A DNA stretch of 58,653 nucleotides, the filler included, from Dimargaris cristalligena (Eukaryota), in the NCBI GenBank assembly GCA_003614675.1. It is 5 parts of 5 records of this genome, joined end to end, with 100 filler letters (N's around TTAATTAATTAA, not from the genome) between each part and the next. Parts side by side here need not be neighbours in the genome. Positions count along the whole stretch, not along the records: positions 23,520 to 35,175 come from ML003095.1; positions 35,276 to 46,925 come from ML003097.1; 3 more parts are not named here. One strand, written 5' to 3'. This document shows positions 25,551 to 38,200 of the stretch, one piece after another (positions within the stretch are counted from its first letter, which is position 1; each line of letters starts with the position of its first letter). The notes under the pieces are model-generated. The model worked only from the letters and a program-made list of their open reading frames with translations. It searched no databases and had not been told where the DNA came from. The position numbers were made by a program, and so were the translations under genes.

Positions 25551-26221
25551 ACTCGGGCTCAATAATGAGGCGGGTGGCTTGAGGCCTTCGTACGATGGCT
25601 ATTCCTCGAAGGGGAGTTACATAGCCAGTCAGGATACAAAAGCACCAAGGGAGATAATTCGCAGTGCAGGGTCATACCGTTTATATCTATAGAGGTGTAG
25701 TTACACACCTTCGCCGGCTCAGAGTTAGGATTAATATATTTTATTGGTTAAGCACAGGGGAGTAGGCGACCCAATTCAATAGCATGGATTGGAAACGGTT
25801 TCCCCCATCCGATTTTTGTGGAATAGCCCTTTGTGTTCCCATTGTAAGGAATACCCAAGTTAAGCGATACATCTGTGGTCATATTTTATATTAATCGTTT
25901 AGCCCCAGTGTGGAATACCATCAACCTCTGCATGTTATTGCTGACATGGGCGAGCTGCCCAAGGGCCTCCCTTCTTCCTTCCTTTATGGCACATATGCTC
26001 CCTCTTTAGTCTCTAGTCACCAATATATAAACATACAGTTTCCCCCTCGTTCTCATACCAACACACCTACTACCAACCTACTCTACTCCAGTTCCCACCC
26101 AGCCTCTCCTTAGTTCCTTTGCTTTTTACTGTTGTATTCGGCCGCCAGTAATCGCTCAACACAAGCCACACTCATCTTTTTAACTCATCCTCCACTTCCC
26201 CCTTCGACCTCCGTGGTAGAT

Positions 26222-27709
26222 ATGAAGCCGTGCCTTGTCCCTGTCACTTTGCTAGGCCTAGCTTTGGCCTGCAGTGTTGCCAGTCGCCCCCAGCCCGCGG
26301 ATTCAGGCAAAGAAATCGGCGGTCAAGCCCGTCATGAGGCAACCGACACTTCTTCCCAAACCAAACCCACCGGAACGCTGGGACCGCTTTCCTCCGAGAT
26401 TTTCTATAGCATCTTGAAACATTTGCCCGCAAATGACCGCTTCCATATTTCCAAGGTCAATAATCGTTTTAACAATTTGGTTAATCAGGACCGAACCACT
26501 CAGGAAATTTTCCAAGTAAGTTTCCTAATATTATCCCAAATAATATTCTGGTCCATCTGTTGTTCAGTTAGTCATTATCCGAATCGGCTCCCCTATTTTT
26601 ATGTCTCGCTTTTGAATAATGCTCACGCCGTCAGGGGGTTCGTGTTTAAATTATATCCTCATGCCTATTGACTAATACCTATATTTATTCATGGTATACT
26701 GTTAATATGTATACATCGCCATTTTTCTATGACCGGAAAGATTCAAATAGTCATCAAGACTCTATTATCGAGTAATGCTCCTATAACTTTGGAAGGTTTG
26801 CAAGCCCTCTTTCCAATGCAGCCAATGGACGCACTCATGGTTGCCGCCTGGGAATTTAGTGGTGGCTTTAATGGGGAAATACATGAAGATCCTAGTCAGG
26901 GTATCTTCCAAAACAACGCCCTAAGCCAGGAAAAAATCAAGGAGGAATGGGCATATTTGGACTATACCGGGTTAAACGTCCACCAAAGGCACATCTTATT
27001 CCCTGGGTTAAATTATTTTTCGGAATTGTCCGTGGTGGACATTCTCAATGTATACCAGAAAGTGAAGGGATTTTCTCAGCTCGAAATAACCAACATCATT
27101 GAGGAGCAGTATCAGCATCAAGAGATATTCGAAATCTTCGGAGATCGATTGCGACATATAGGGGTGACAAGAATTATATTTGATTTTGCGAATCAAATGG
27201 TGGTTAGCGTTATTGCGGACCTTGCCACTACTGGTCAATTTGACAAGTTGAGAGAATTGGAGAGAGAAATCAACCGTAACCATGTGGATCCTTACACTGA
27301 CTTAGAACCCTACCTGACTTTGCTGCGTTGGGAATTTGATGAATCCTATACTGGCCAAGATGATACGATGGCCAGTCGATTTAACTACCACTGTGGCTAT
27401 GCCGGTGCACTGGGATTCAAAAAGGCACTGCAAAAGTGCAGAAATTATACTTCACATTCTATAATAGGGCCTGAGTATCTTAAAGAATGGACAGCCAGTG
27501 GGTTTGTGTACCCGTACCGCGATGATAATGACAAGCCCAGGTTAGCTATCCGCGTCCGCCGCTCGACTGCTGAAGAATTAATCCAAGCCCGTGGATTAGA
27601 GATAGATGAGTCTCTTTGGCTTCCTTCCAACAAAGTCGATGACCAGCTCCATTTGATGAAGTATCGTCTATATAGTGTACCTTCTCCGCGAGCTCCTCAC
27701 CAGGTGTAA
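26222..27709 (+). CDS. Secreted protein with an N-terminal F-box motif and an unknown helical C-terminal domain; exons 26222-26515, 26741-27709; 420 aa
   Basis: Signal peptide MKPCLVPVTLLGLALACSVAS; F-box-like LGPLSSEIFYSILKHLPANDRFHISKVNNRFNNLV; phase-0 intron CAA|gtaagt...ggaaag|ATT joins two ORF-track frames; TATA-like AATATATAAA near 26022. Confidence 0.75.
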
Positions 27710-27899
27710 TTATTTCGAACTTTTGCCACCTCTGGCATTTTAGCGAATGGTTTACTTATGCCGTGGTTGGTATCCTTACCTCTTTACCCCTCAGTCAAGC
27801 CCTATGGACGATGCGGTAACCTTGCCATATCCCGTTTTTATGTGGACATTTCCACGGTTTTTCTTCTTCCCACTGTTGTCTTCTATATATAAACACTTG

Positions 27900-30000
27900 A
27901 GTTAATAAGTTTCAGGTACTCCAGGTCATTATTCACAGGTTATGAACAATATGTATGATTTACTGATACAAATGTAAATATCAATAATATGTGAGGATGC
28001 TTCATTTTTTGTCTATTTCATCAACAGCTGAGAGCTATTGAGTCTGCTACAATATTGGTTTATGTTTTCAACAATAAAAGTAGTGCTTGACCTGCCATAT
28101 TGTCTACATTATTGGTATGATTTACCCTTCTTTAGGGTTTCTGTACACCTAGGTCTTCTGCAAAACAACGTATTACATTTATTTTAATTGCTACATTTGG
28201 CAAAAAAAAATGCATAGTAGTCAGAAGTATCACTAATTCAACCTGGAAAGACAACAAACTGGCCTGGTAGCCACTAGAAAAGGAATTTGGCCTAAATGAA
28301 CAAGCCATTAGCATGCCTAGGTGAGTACATCATATTCCCAATCATATTACTAGCAAATGTATGCAAGCATAGGTAGCTAAGGAGGGGTCTTTTATTGATA
28401 ATAGTAATAAGAAGGGCCCAAGATAATAATAAGTGATTGTATGATAATATGAGGTAAATAAGACTATAGTCATCTGAGAGACAATATTAGGGCATACCAA
28501 TAGCTTGTTTTTAAATTAGATTATTGACATCCCCAATAGTAACTTTTGTAGGGCAATAGCTATGGACAAAATGAAGTTAGTACATGTGTCTAATACAGTA
28601 GAATGGGGGGGAGGGGGTATATACCTAGTGTTCTGGTAGGTTTGAGTGCCACTTCCTGATAATGTGCTGGTGCTACTATAACATGGTTACTCCCAGTTAG
28701 TACCCTTGTAATATTGTTGGGGGGTCTGATGGCCATAGGTAGAGTAGGCGCCTGTGGTGGCCTAGTTGAACCCCTGGTGATGCAATATAAATATCCAAAC
28801 TGATTGTCCCCCTGGGGTCTCTAAATTTAAAATATATGAAATAATCCTGAATTAGATAGTTTCCTAGCTATTATTATCTAACTGCAGATATGAGTTCTAA
28901 TCAGTTTTTTTAAATAATTTATTGTAAGCTCTCTTAATATCTCTATACCAGAAAAAACTATCTAACTAAGGCTTAATATTATAGAAGGGGCACTACTAAG
29001 AGTGGTAGAGAGAAGGTGAGATTCTATACTATGAAATAGGGGAGTTTTAGTCTGTCCATACATCAAAAACCCCAGTTGATAAATCCAGTATATTAGGCTA
29101 TAAACTGACATTTAGCCTATTCTCCCTTTTTTCAATTAGTATAAGAAATTGTAGTTAGTTAGATTAGATTTTGCCCTTAGTTATTGTTACCTGGGTTAAC
29201 TACTCTTAGTCCATCAAGTGCCCTGAGGATAGGCTTCTAACAGTAGGTGGGGCTTAGGCTTGGCTAAGTGGGCTATTAGTATTAGGTATGGGGCACAGTA
29301 CTAACTAATAAAGGCTAATTGCAGGTATAGGTGAGGGATATGCAGTGGGCACACTTACTAGTTAGTATGAGGGGGGTGAGTATATATAGAGTTTATTAGG
29401 GGAAAACTAGGGGTAAGAATAAGCTAAGGAATCAACCAGTCCTAATGGGGCCTAGCTATATATATGCAGGGATAACTCCAGAGGGAGGCCTTAAGGGGAG
29501 GATACTACTAAGACTAGGGTATAGGTAACTAGGCTAACTAGATGGCTACTAGTATCTGGAAGACTCTGATAGTAACTAGAAGAGTCTTTAGATTAGCACT
29601 TGAATGATGAGTATAAAGAGGTAGAGTCCAGAAGGGGAAGGGTGATATAATATAGGATAATCCCATATTACCAGGGATGACTATGGGAAGGTTAATATGG
29701 TACTATAAGGCCTAATAGGGATAGACACTAAGGCATCAGGATTAAGGAGGATTAGATGGTCCAACAACCAGTTCCCTGATAAAGTAGTGGCTGTCCCGCA
29801 CAGCTGGGGACTAACCAATATTGCCTTACCCCTACCCCCTACTGTGCATAAGTAATAAAGTTGCTATAAGGGCATATAGGCATTATTAAACAATCTGGTA
29901 AATAATATGAATCCCTCACACAAGCAGTCTTAAATATAACTAGATATGCTGTAACCTCAAAGCAATAATAAATATCAAGTTGTAGGATAGAATCACAGTT
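27900..30000. mobile_element. CpG-depleted, AT/TA-rich degenerate repeat tract; boundaries approximate
   Basis: Only a handful of CG dinucleotides over ~2 kb, stop-rich in the frames I translated, and includes a segment repeated (inverted) at 34601-35013. Confidence 0.55.
29292..29705 (+). repeat. ~415-bp dispersed repeat, copy A
   Basis: Aligns end to end with the reverse complement of 34601-35013 (e.g. gtactaactaataaaggctaa, tatatatagagtttattaggg, cagtcctaatggggcc, gtaactagaagagtctt, tgactatgggaaggttaatat). Confidence 0.9.
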
Positions 30001-32003
30001 CATACAGTATGCTGGTTTCACGGAATTAGTTGTATGATATATATTGAAATTTTACTTGACACTGCATGTCAATTTAATATGCTGTCAGGAAAGTGTGGCT
30101 ATAAAGTGCGCCTGCCAGTCCATTGTGCAACTTAGTGGATAGGTTTATTATGAATTTTATACCACCAAGATTACTTAGGAGATATAAGAAAGTGGCTATA
30201 AACATGTTCGAGTGGGTAAAAGAAAGCCGGAACCTACATTATCTGCATCCTACACCACGCCACCTAACCTCTGATGCATGCTATTGACTGGGCTAAGGGT
30301 GCTTTCAACCGGGGAGGCAGTATCTACATGGGTGGTGGACCAAAACCTGGGAGGAACATAAAATGAGTTGTCAATGTGCTAATGGGCCAATCAGCAAAAA
30401 CCCTCTACCAGCCACCAAGGGTCGCCCACCCTTCCCGTAGGGAGCCCCTCTTTTTCAAGACAAAAGAACTATCCCTATTACATATAATTGATCGCTGCGA
30501 ACTTTCTTTACTAAAGGTTCATGAGTCTTTGTAGACAGATCTTTGATCGTACTTAGCACAATGCCGTCGCATATAGATTGGCAGTTAAAGGGCTGACCGG
30601 GCAATTAAGAGGACCCGGGAAATATAGAGCCGTTGAACAGCCCACGATTAAGCTATACCGCCCAACTCTCTGCCTAGCCAGTGAGCATTACAATAAATTT
30701 AACGACTGACATGTATCACAGCTAATATCGGCCGGATGAAGCTGAGGTATGCGGAATACTGAGGAAAAATTCCCACCTTCGGACACTATTAGCCTGGACT
30801 AAGGAAATGATAATTTGTTTAAAAAGCCATGTATTATGGAGGTTTTATGTATTTGGTTTACATTATGACGGGAAACCCAGAATATAGAAGTGATTGCTTT
30901 GCGACTGCTTATTTCGGTGAACCCTCGTCGCAACAGCTCTGACAGAAAGGACCGAATGAATCACATTTCAATAAAATAATGTAACGCTATTTACTAAATG
31001 TATTTAAAAACAAATGATATAGCAATGTACGAAGCACTATTGCCAATATCCACCCCACGGACCCTGTTTCTTTCAATAGAGCTATCAGCCATGCCATAGT
31101 TAGCCGAAGAATGCCACCACTAGCACCACAGCACTCTGCAATAGGAGCCCATGGGCACTACCCGTATACCTAATTTGCGCACAGCATAACTGGAACCCAG
31201 CGGTAATAAAAAAATAATGGGAGGGAGGGGGGATTGCCCATACGGCTACCATAGCCCCGCTCTCGAAAACTATTAATGATGGCCAAACAGGAGAAATGAT
31301 GGGTAATCCTTGTACTATTCACCATTTTCTATGGGGATCTACTTCAATTCTATTCGTTGTCTTAATGACCCACTTGCCTTTAACATATACTTGAACAATG
31401 GAGTACATACCAAAAAGCAAAGCGTTCGTATTGAATGAGAGAAAGTTGGACTTCTTTCTAACGAATAGGATAGGGCGACTCTTCAGCTTACACTTCAACA
31501 TGCGGCGAAACTCAACACATCTGCATATTCTTTTAAGTGAAATGCAGGTGTGATAATCGATCGGCAATCGATTTTCAACCTATAGAGACCTTTTTTAAAA
31601 TCGGCATTTCGTATTTCCGCAGAACTGAACCGATCCCCTAAATATTCTTTGTACTGGCGGAACAGCGGCAACGCACACAGAAGTAGTGAGATTGCCCACC
31701 ATTTACCCGGTGGACAGGGGTAAACTGGCCTGTGTAAATGGGGAAATAGTTTTGCTGAGTTCATAGCTGTAGCCGGAACTAGATGATGGGTATCCTATCT
31801 TATATATAAAGCATGTGGTGACCACCCTACTTCACACCATCATTTCACCGACCTGCATTCCATGAATTTCATATTTAATCATCGAAGCCCCTTACTCTTA
31901 TCTCCGTCAGCTTTATAACTTAGCATATTAGTCTATCAATCCTACTGTGACTAACTTCTCCAATTTTACCGTCCTTTTCCCATTCCTCCACTGCCCCTTG
32001 AAA

Positions 32004-32288
32004 ATGAAGCTCTCATCTATGTTTGCCGTTTTGCTCGTCGTAACCATCGCCATCCTTTCGGCAAGTGCAGTAAACAAGGAAGACGAAGCTATCCATAGCG
32101 CAAACTGGGCTAAGGATTACCCTAACTTGAATAGCATCGTAAACCCCCCCGCTCCCACTAAACCCCGAATCCCCAAAACCAGAAGCGAAAAGATTAAGGG
32201 TATTGTCTCGAGTCCTTTTAAAAAGATGGCCAGTGTGACCTCCAGTCTTACAAAAAAGGTTATGGGTGCGTTCCATAAAAAAAAATAG
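32004..32288 (+). CDS. Small secreted protein, 94 aa, with a cationic C-terminus
   Basis: aaaATG start; signal peptide MKLSSMFAVLLVVTIAILSASA; TATATATAAA at 31801-31810; Lys-rich tail ending FHKKK; no cysteines. Confidence 0.75.
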   Translation: MKLSSMFAVLLVVTIAILSASAVNKEDEAIHSANWAKDYPNLNSIVNPPAPTKPRIPKTRSEKIKGIVSSPFKKMASVTSSLTKKVMGAFHKKK

Positions 32289-34600
32289 CCCCTGGAGAAC
32301 TAATGTCTAACTTCACTTTTTATAAACAGCAATTCAACGAGTATGGTATACATGCCTGTTTTTCAATACCCCCTGTACTTTCTATTTCTGTACGCCACTA
32401 TTCCTTTACTGTTTTAGACAATAGTTTATTAATTCAACATCAATACTTTTCAATAAACCCTATTCTTGCCTCGACTAGCCTCGGGTATCCCTTAATTGTG
32501 GGTGTGCCGGCAACAGTGCTTGATTAAGTAGTAGAAAATACATTTTATATTTACATTCAAGCCATATTCCAAGCCTAATTCGGCCTGTGGAATACCAGGA
32601 AAAACCAGTACATTGTAGCTACGTATCCGTGAAATTCCCACCCTATTTGAACCGGCCACAGTCCTCGGCTGCAGTTGATACAAAACCCCGCAATTCTGGT
32701 GAAAAGTGAACTTATATGGCTCTATAGTTAGATGAACAATACGGACTGTTGTCGCCAGCTACTTCCGCCAATTATTTATTAGAATAAGTCCTACCCTATT
32801 TCTAATGCCTTGTCGCCGCCAGTGGGACTCGCTTTGCTATTACAGTGGGTACTGTAAACCAATTTCCTGGCTTCCCCTGAACTGAACTGCAAAAATATTC
32901 CTGCTATTACTACTTTATCTTGACGACTACTTCCTACAGTTGCCTATTATATTTTGTTCAAAACCTACACCCAGACAGACATCATAACCGTGCCGACTAT
33001 CCCCTAATTCCGATATGCCAATAGTCACTTGACTAGTATTTAAATATATAGGAGAGATTCAACCAAGCTGCATGACAAATTGTCCGCTGGATGAGGCAAA
33101 TGTAACAGGTTAAATAAAAATTTTGTATCTGTTGTCCCATACACATACTATGTAGAGCCTTATACAACTGGGCCGAATTTCATCCATATAGAACATTGCA
33201 AGTCAAATATATGTGAAGGAAGCGGGAGATGTGAATAATAGTCATATAGCAGGATTATCTAATTACCGGCCTTGCAGCTGGTGCAGAAAAAATTTTTAGC
33301 TACTATTGCACAGGTAAAGCCACTCGTATGCCCACTAGATTGATTACCCTATATCAATTCGTCACACACAATCCTCGCCCGAAAATATAGGGCTATTCAG
33401 ACAACGGCAGTCGCTGACTAATGTGGAGGAATTCCACCGTAGGTATAATTATTAGGGGGCTAAGGGAGCTTCCAATCGGCGGGGCAATTCATGTATAGGC
33501 GATGTATTAAACGCTGGGGGGATATAGCAGGCGCTGCTTAAGAGCCCATCCACTGAGCCTCAGCTCTAGCGTCCGAGGATTACGCACCCTTCCCGTGGGG
33601 CCCTCTCTATTACGAGGCAGAGTCGCCGTGTTAGTCATCTGGTATTTCTCTAAATGACTTTGCTTTATTGGAGGTTTTAAATTCTTTGTGGAACGGATTA
33701 TCAGTTCCATTTCAGTGAAAGTCACTGCCAATATATTGACAGTTGAGCTAGTCATCGGGCCAGCAAAAGCATAGCGAGAAGGTGAGGGAAAGTACCCACA
33801 TGCTGGCTATTATTCTCTCGAGGGGTATTGTGGTGATGGATAGGGGAGGATGGTGGTGCGTAGTCCCCCAGACATTTGGAATTTATCCTCATCTCATATT
33901 ACCCCCCGTTAAATAAATGGGAATCCTTTTTTTATGCTCTTCACAACAATGCCCCATTTTCCTGACGGATTGTTAAACAATAGAGGATGGGCCATTTAAA
34001 TGGCGCTCATATTAGTTTCCAGGATGCCGGTCTATTTTCCAGTGAATAGGGTAGAGTGGCTCGCCAACCTACTCTTGGATATGGACAAAACTATCCACAA
34101 CTATATACGACTTTGGGCAAAATATAAATGTGATAGTTGAGCAGAATTTGGTTTTTAACCACCGAGACTCTTTAGCAAATGGGGTTTTTGTATTTCCATA
34201 GAATTGACCTGATCCCCTATATGTGCTATATTAGCAGAACTGTGGTAAAATACCCAGAAGTAGCTGATATGCTTGCCCTTTACTATTGGGAATGAGATGA
34301 CCATTATATATTACTGGACTATCTAATCCACCTTAATCTGTCCAGCTTAGATGCCTGACTATATTAGGCCTTATAGCTATTGAAGAATATATTACAACAT
34401 ATTCATTATCCTACCCTGTTTTACCTAATTATATTAGTTTATTTTGCTATTATGAGATTATTTATATTAGCTACTTATATTTCACCCCATTAAAATTACA
34501 GTTCAATTAAACTAACCATCTAGAGACAACTACTGTCCTCTAGCTCCTTTCTTCCCTTACTTCCAATTTTATTTTCTTTATGTCCTTAGTATTCTAATAA

Positions 34601-35013
34601 TAGTACTATATTAACCTTCCCATAGTCACCTCCAGTACTATGGGATCACCCTATATTATATAACCCTTCCTCTTCTGGACCCTACCTCTTTGCACTAATA
34701 ACTCAAGTCCTAATCTGAAGACTCTTCTAGTTACCACCAGAATCTTCCAGATACCAGTGGCTATCTAGTTAGCTTATTTACTTATATTGTGGCTCTAATA
34801 GCATTCTTCCCTTAGGACCTCCCTCTTGAGTATCCCTGCATATACACAACTGGGCCCCATTAGGACTGATTGGATTCCTTAGTATATACTTACCCCTAGT
34901 TTACCCTAATAAACTCTATATATACCCACTCCCCTTATACTAGCTAGTAAGTATGCCTGCTGCATATCCCTTGCCTATACCTGTACTTAGCCTTTATTAG
35001 TTAGTACCATGCC
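34601..35013 (-). repeat. ~415-bp dispersed repeat, copy B (inverted relative to copy A), within a CpG-depleted tract ~34170-35175
   Basis: Reverse complement aligns with 29292-29705; differences are mostly transitions. Confidence 0.9.
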
Positions 35014-35175
35014 TGCTGTAAAGAACTGAACTCAAATCCTTAAAAACTGAACTTTATTCAAAAAGATAGATAATAAAAGGGAAAGGTGATAATAGACTTG
35101 CTGTTCCAAGAGGTGGAAGCAAGGGGGAGTATTTATACTTGAAAGAGGAAGCCTAAATAAAAAGATAGATGGATA

Positions 35176-35275
35176 NNNNNNNNNNNNNNNNNNNNNNNNN
35201 NNNNNNNNNNNNNNNNNNNTTAATTAATTAANNNNNNNNNNNNNNNNNNNNNNNNNNNNNNNNNNNNNNNNNNNN
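35176..35275. other. Artificial contig-joining spacer
   Basis: N44-TTAATTAATTAA-N44. Confidence 0.97.
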
Positions 35276-38200
35276 CAAGGGGGTCATTTCCTGGCGGAAG
35301 TCCAGGGCCCGTAGCATGAACAAGACCGCGGCGGGGTAAATATCGCGTTGTTCGTCCGAAGTCGCCACCTTGAAGTTAAAGGCCAAAGTATCCAGATAAG
35401 CCACCAGCACATGCAGGGGTTGGACCAGGACTTGGTCGTAGAGCGTAAACAGGTGGGGTAAGAACTCCGACCGGTTTAAGTGGGTGCTCATGGCCGTGAT
35501 GAGTTCCCGGGCGTGGTTCACCAGCTCGCGGTTTACATCGTCAATGTCAGTTTCGGCGGTGGTATCAGCGGGATTCTGGCCTGGCTGCTCCGCATCGCTC
35601 ATTTCGCTATCCGAATCATCCTGGCTCGAAGCACGGCACTCGGCGAGCGTCGCGTACTGGGTCAGGCTCTTAGAAACAGGCCAGAAACGGGGATGGAACA
35701 GGGCTGCCGCAACGGGAGCGGCGTAGGCCACGGCGAACTGGGGCAGACGTACCACTACTTCCTCGAGCAAGCGCAGAGCCGCAATAAGGACAGTCGCATC
35801 GGCCCGGCTCAGGGAACCGGTGTCAGTGTCGATACCAGAACCTTGGTTGGAACTCAGGGTACGACCCACGATAGCCACGGTTTGTTGCATGACGGAAGTG
35901 ACAATTGGCACGGCCCGGGTCTGCAGGTGGCGGAAGTAATGAATCAGACACACCAGACTGGACGCCACCACTTGCGAATGGCTATGGCCCAGGCAGCTGG
36001 GGCCCGCCAGGAGCGCCAGACCGGGGGTAAAGACGGTAGGGTGGGTGGAGGCCAGCAAAGTAGTCAAATGAGCCAAGTTAAGGAGGGCCATTTGGGTCAA
36101 CAGGCTACTGTCCACGAATTCATCCACGATGGTGGTGGAGGTGGCGGGTTGCAGCGCCGCGAACACCAGGGGAACAAGGGCCAGTACGGCTTCCTGATCG
36201 TCCGAACTCAAGTGGTACGCGGCCACACTCGCCAAGGGCTGCAACTTGTTGTGAACCATGACCAGACCCTGGTGCACAATACCCCGGGCGGGGTTATTGA
36301 GCAGGCGCTGGGCAATGTCACTGAAGGAACGCAGGTCCATGAACCGTTGCAGGCTGGCCAGACCGCCTTCTACAGCGTCCATGGTATCGCTCCAGCCCTT
36401 CACGCCCGCCGGGTTGGCGCGGTTGAATTGGTGTAACCGGTCGTGCGCGGCTAGAAGGCCTTCGGTCAGGGATAAAAAGCTGTCGAACAGCTTAGTGTTG
36501 TTCAGCCCTCCGTCGTGGCGGCTGGCCATCACCTTGCGCAGTAGGTCCTCGCTCAGGGTCATCTTGTGGATAAGCTGGAGCGTAACCGTGTGGTACTGTT
36601 TCAGGGACTTGGTAGTAGCGGTACGGATATCGAGCAGAAGTGCGTCGGAACCGCCGTTGGCTTCATTGGACGATACCGATGATTGTTCGCCACCAGGGGT
36701 GAGAGGTACCGCCTGGAGGTGATGAAGCAGAGCTTCGAGCGCGCCGAGTTGAATATCCACCGGGTAATTAGCGGCGAGGTCCACACTGAAGTCACTGAAC
36801 GTATCCGCCTGGGTCTCCACGCTAAACGACTTGAGCCAGCGGTCGCCCTGGCGTTCCACCAGCACGGCCCACAGTACGGCCAGGAAGGAGCGGGCCCCGA
36901 AGGAATCGATCACGGTGGCATAGAAGGCCACCCGACGGTGCTTGGGAATGTGACTCCAGGCATCCACCAGAATACCCAAAGGTTGGCGGAGCGTGACCGG
37001 GAGACTCACACCCGGCCGGGTAGTGGGGGCCCAGGTTTCTTCCTTGGCCGCCTCAGAAGAAGACGTCCGCAGTCCGTGGTTGGTGGCCAAAGCACTGAGG
37101 ATGTTCTGTAGGGCGCTCTGGATCGTGGTGAACGTGTACTCGTCATCGTGGTGGAGGATGTTCATGCCCATGAAGGTGAAGATGGGCATGGCATGGTGGA
37201 GGACCTCGTCGGGGTACAGAATAGCCATCTGGCCCAGCAGGGTCAGACAGGCCCGATGGGTCTGGGTGTTGGTAGTTCCTCGGATGCACTGAATGAGCAC
37301 GTCGGGGCGGACCGCGCCCGAGTTCTGGAGGGCCTGGATCGCCTCGGCACTAAGGTCGGCGAGGGACTTGAAGATATCGGTCAGCAATTGCAGGGCAATC
37401 TGCTTCACGTATTCCAAGGAGACGGGGGCAGCAGCGGTGGGAGAGGGACCCGCGGTAAGTCCCGCTAAGCAAGTGAACAGGGAAGGGGCGAGCACCACAC
37501 TGGGGTATTCGATGGCCTGAAGGAGCTCCAACAGGGCCAACAATTGCTGCAGGACCTGGTGGCGGGTTTCCGAGTGGTCGGGTACGTCTTCCACGCGGCC
37601 CTTCTTGGTTTTGCCAGGGGTAGTCGCCGCCGATTCGGGCTGCTGGCCCCGCTTCAGCGAACCAGGGGAGGCGGTGGTAGTGGCCGAGTTAACCGCGCTA
37701 TCTCGGAAGCATTTCGTCACCACCTGGGTCAGTTCCTGGTTCAGCAGTTCTGGGTTCAGTCGGACGTTCGGCAGGACGGCCAGCAGGGCCTTCCAGGTCT
37801 GGGGACCGGTGGTTTGGGCCACGTGCAAAGCAAAATGGAGGAACATGGCCTGGTGTTTGTGGCTCATTTGGGCGATCAGGTACGGCTTGATTGCCTTGAT
37901 CACCGTAAGCTGGATCCACTCGCGCTGCTCGTCCGTGAGCTGGCGAAGGCGGCCTTCGTAGGCGGGGGAGGTGGGATCGGCCAGGGTCAATAAGCACTGC
38001 CACAGCTGGGTATTAACGGACAGGCTCTGTAGGGAGCGGTGGACCGTGCGAGTCAACACTAGGTCCAAAATCGCCCGAGCCGATGCTTGGGAGACGCTCT
38101 CCGCCTTGGGCTTCCCTTCCTCACCGGGGGCGGCCCGGCTCAACTGCAGCACATTGTTGCGCAGGAGATTCGGCAGGTCCTGGGCCTTGGTGATGGTGGT

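Noticed and set aside
27900..29290. Reverse transcriptase or transposase remnants in the CpG-depleted tract
   Set aside because: The frames I translated by eye gave no convincing motif; element class left unassigned.
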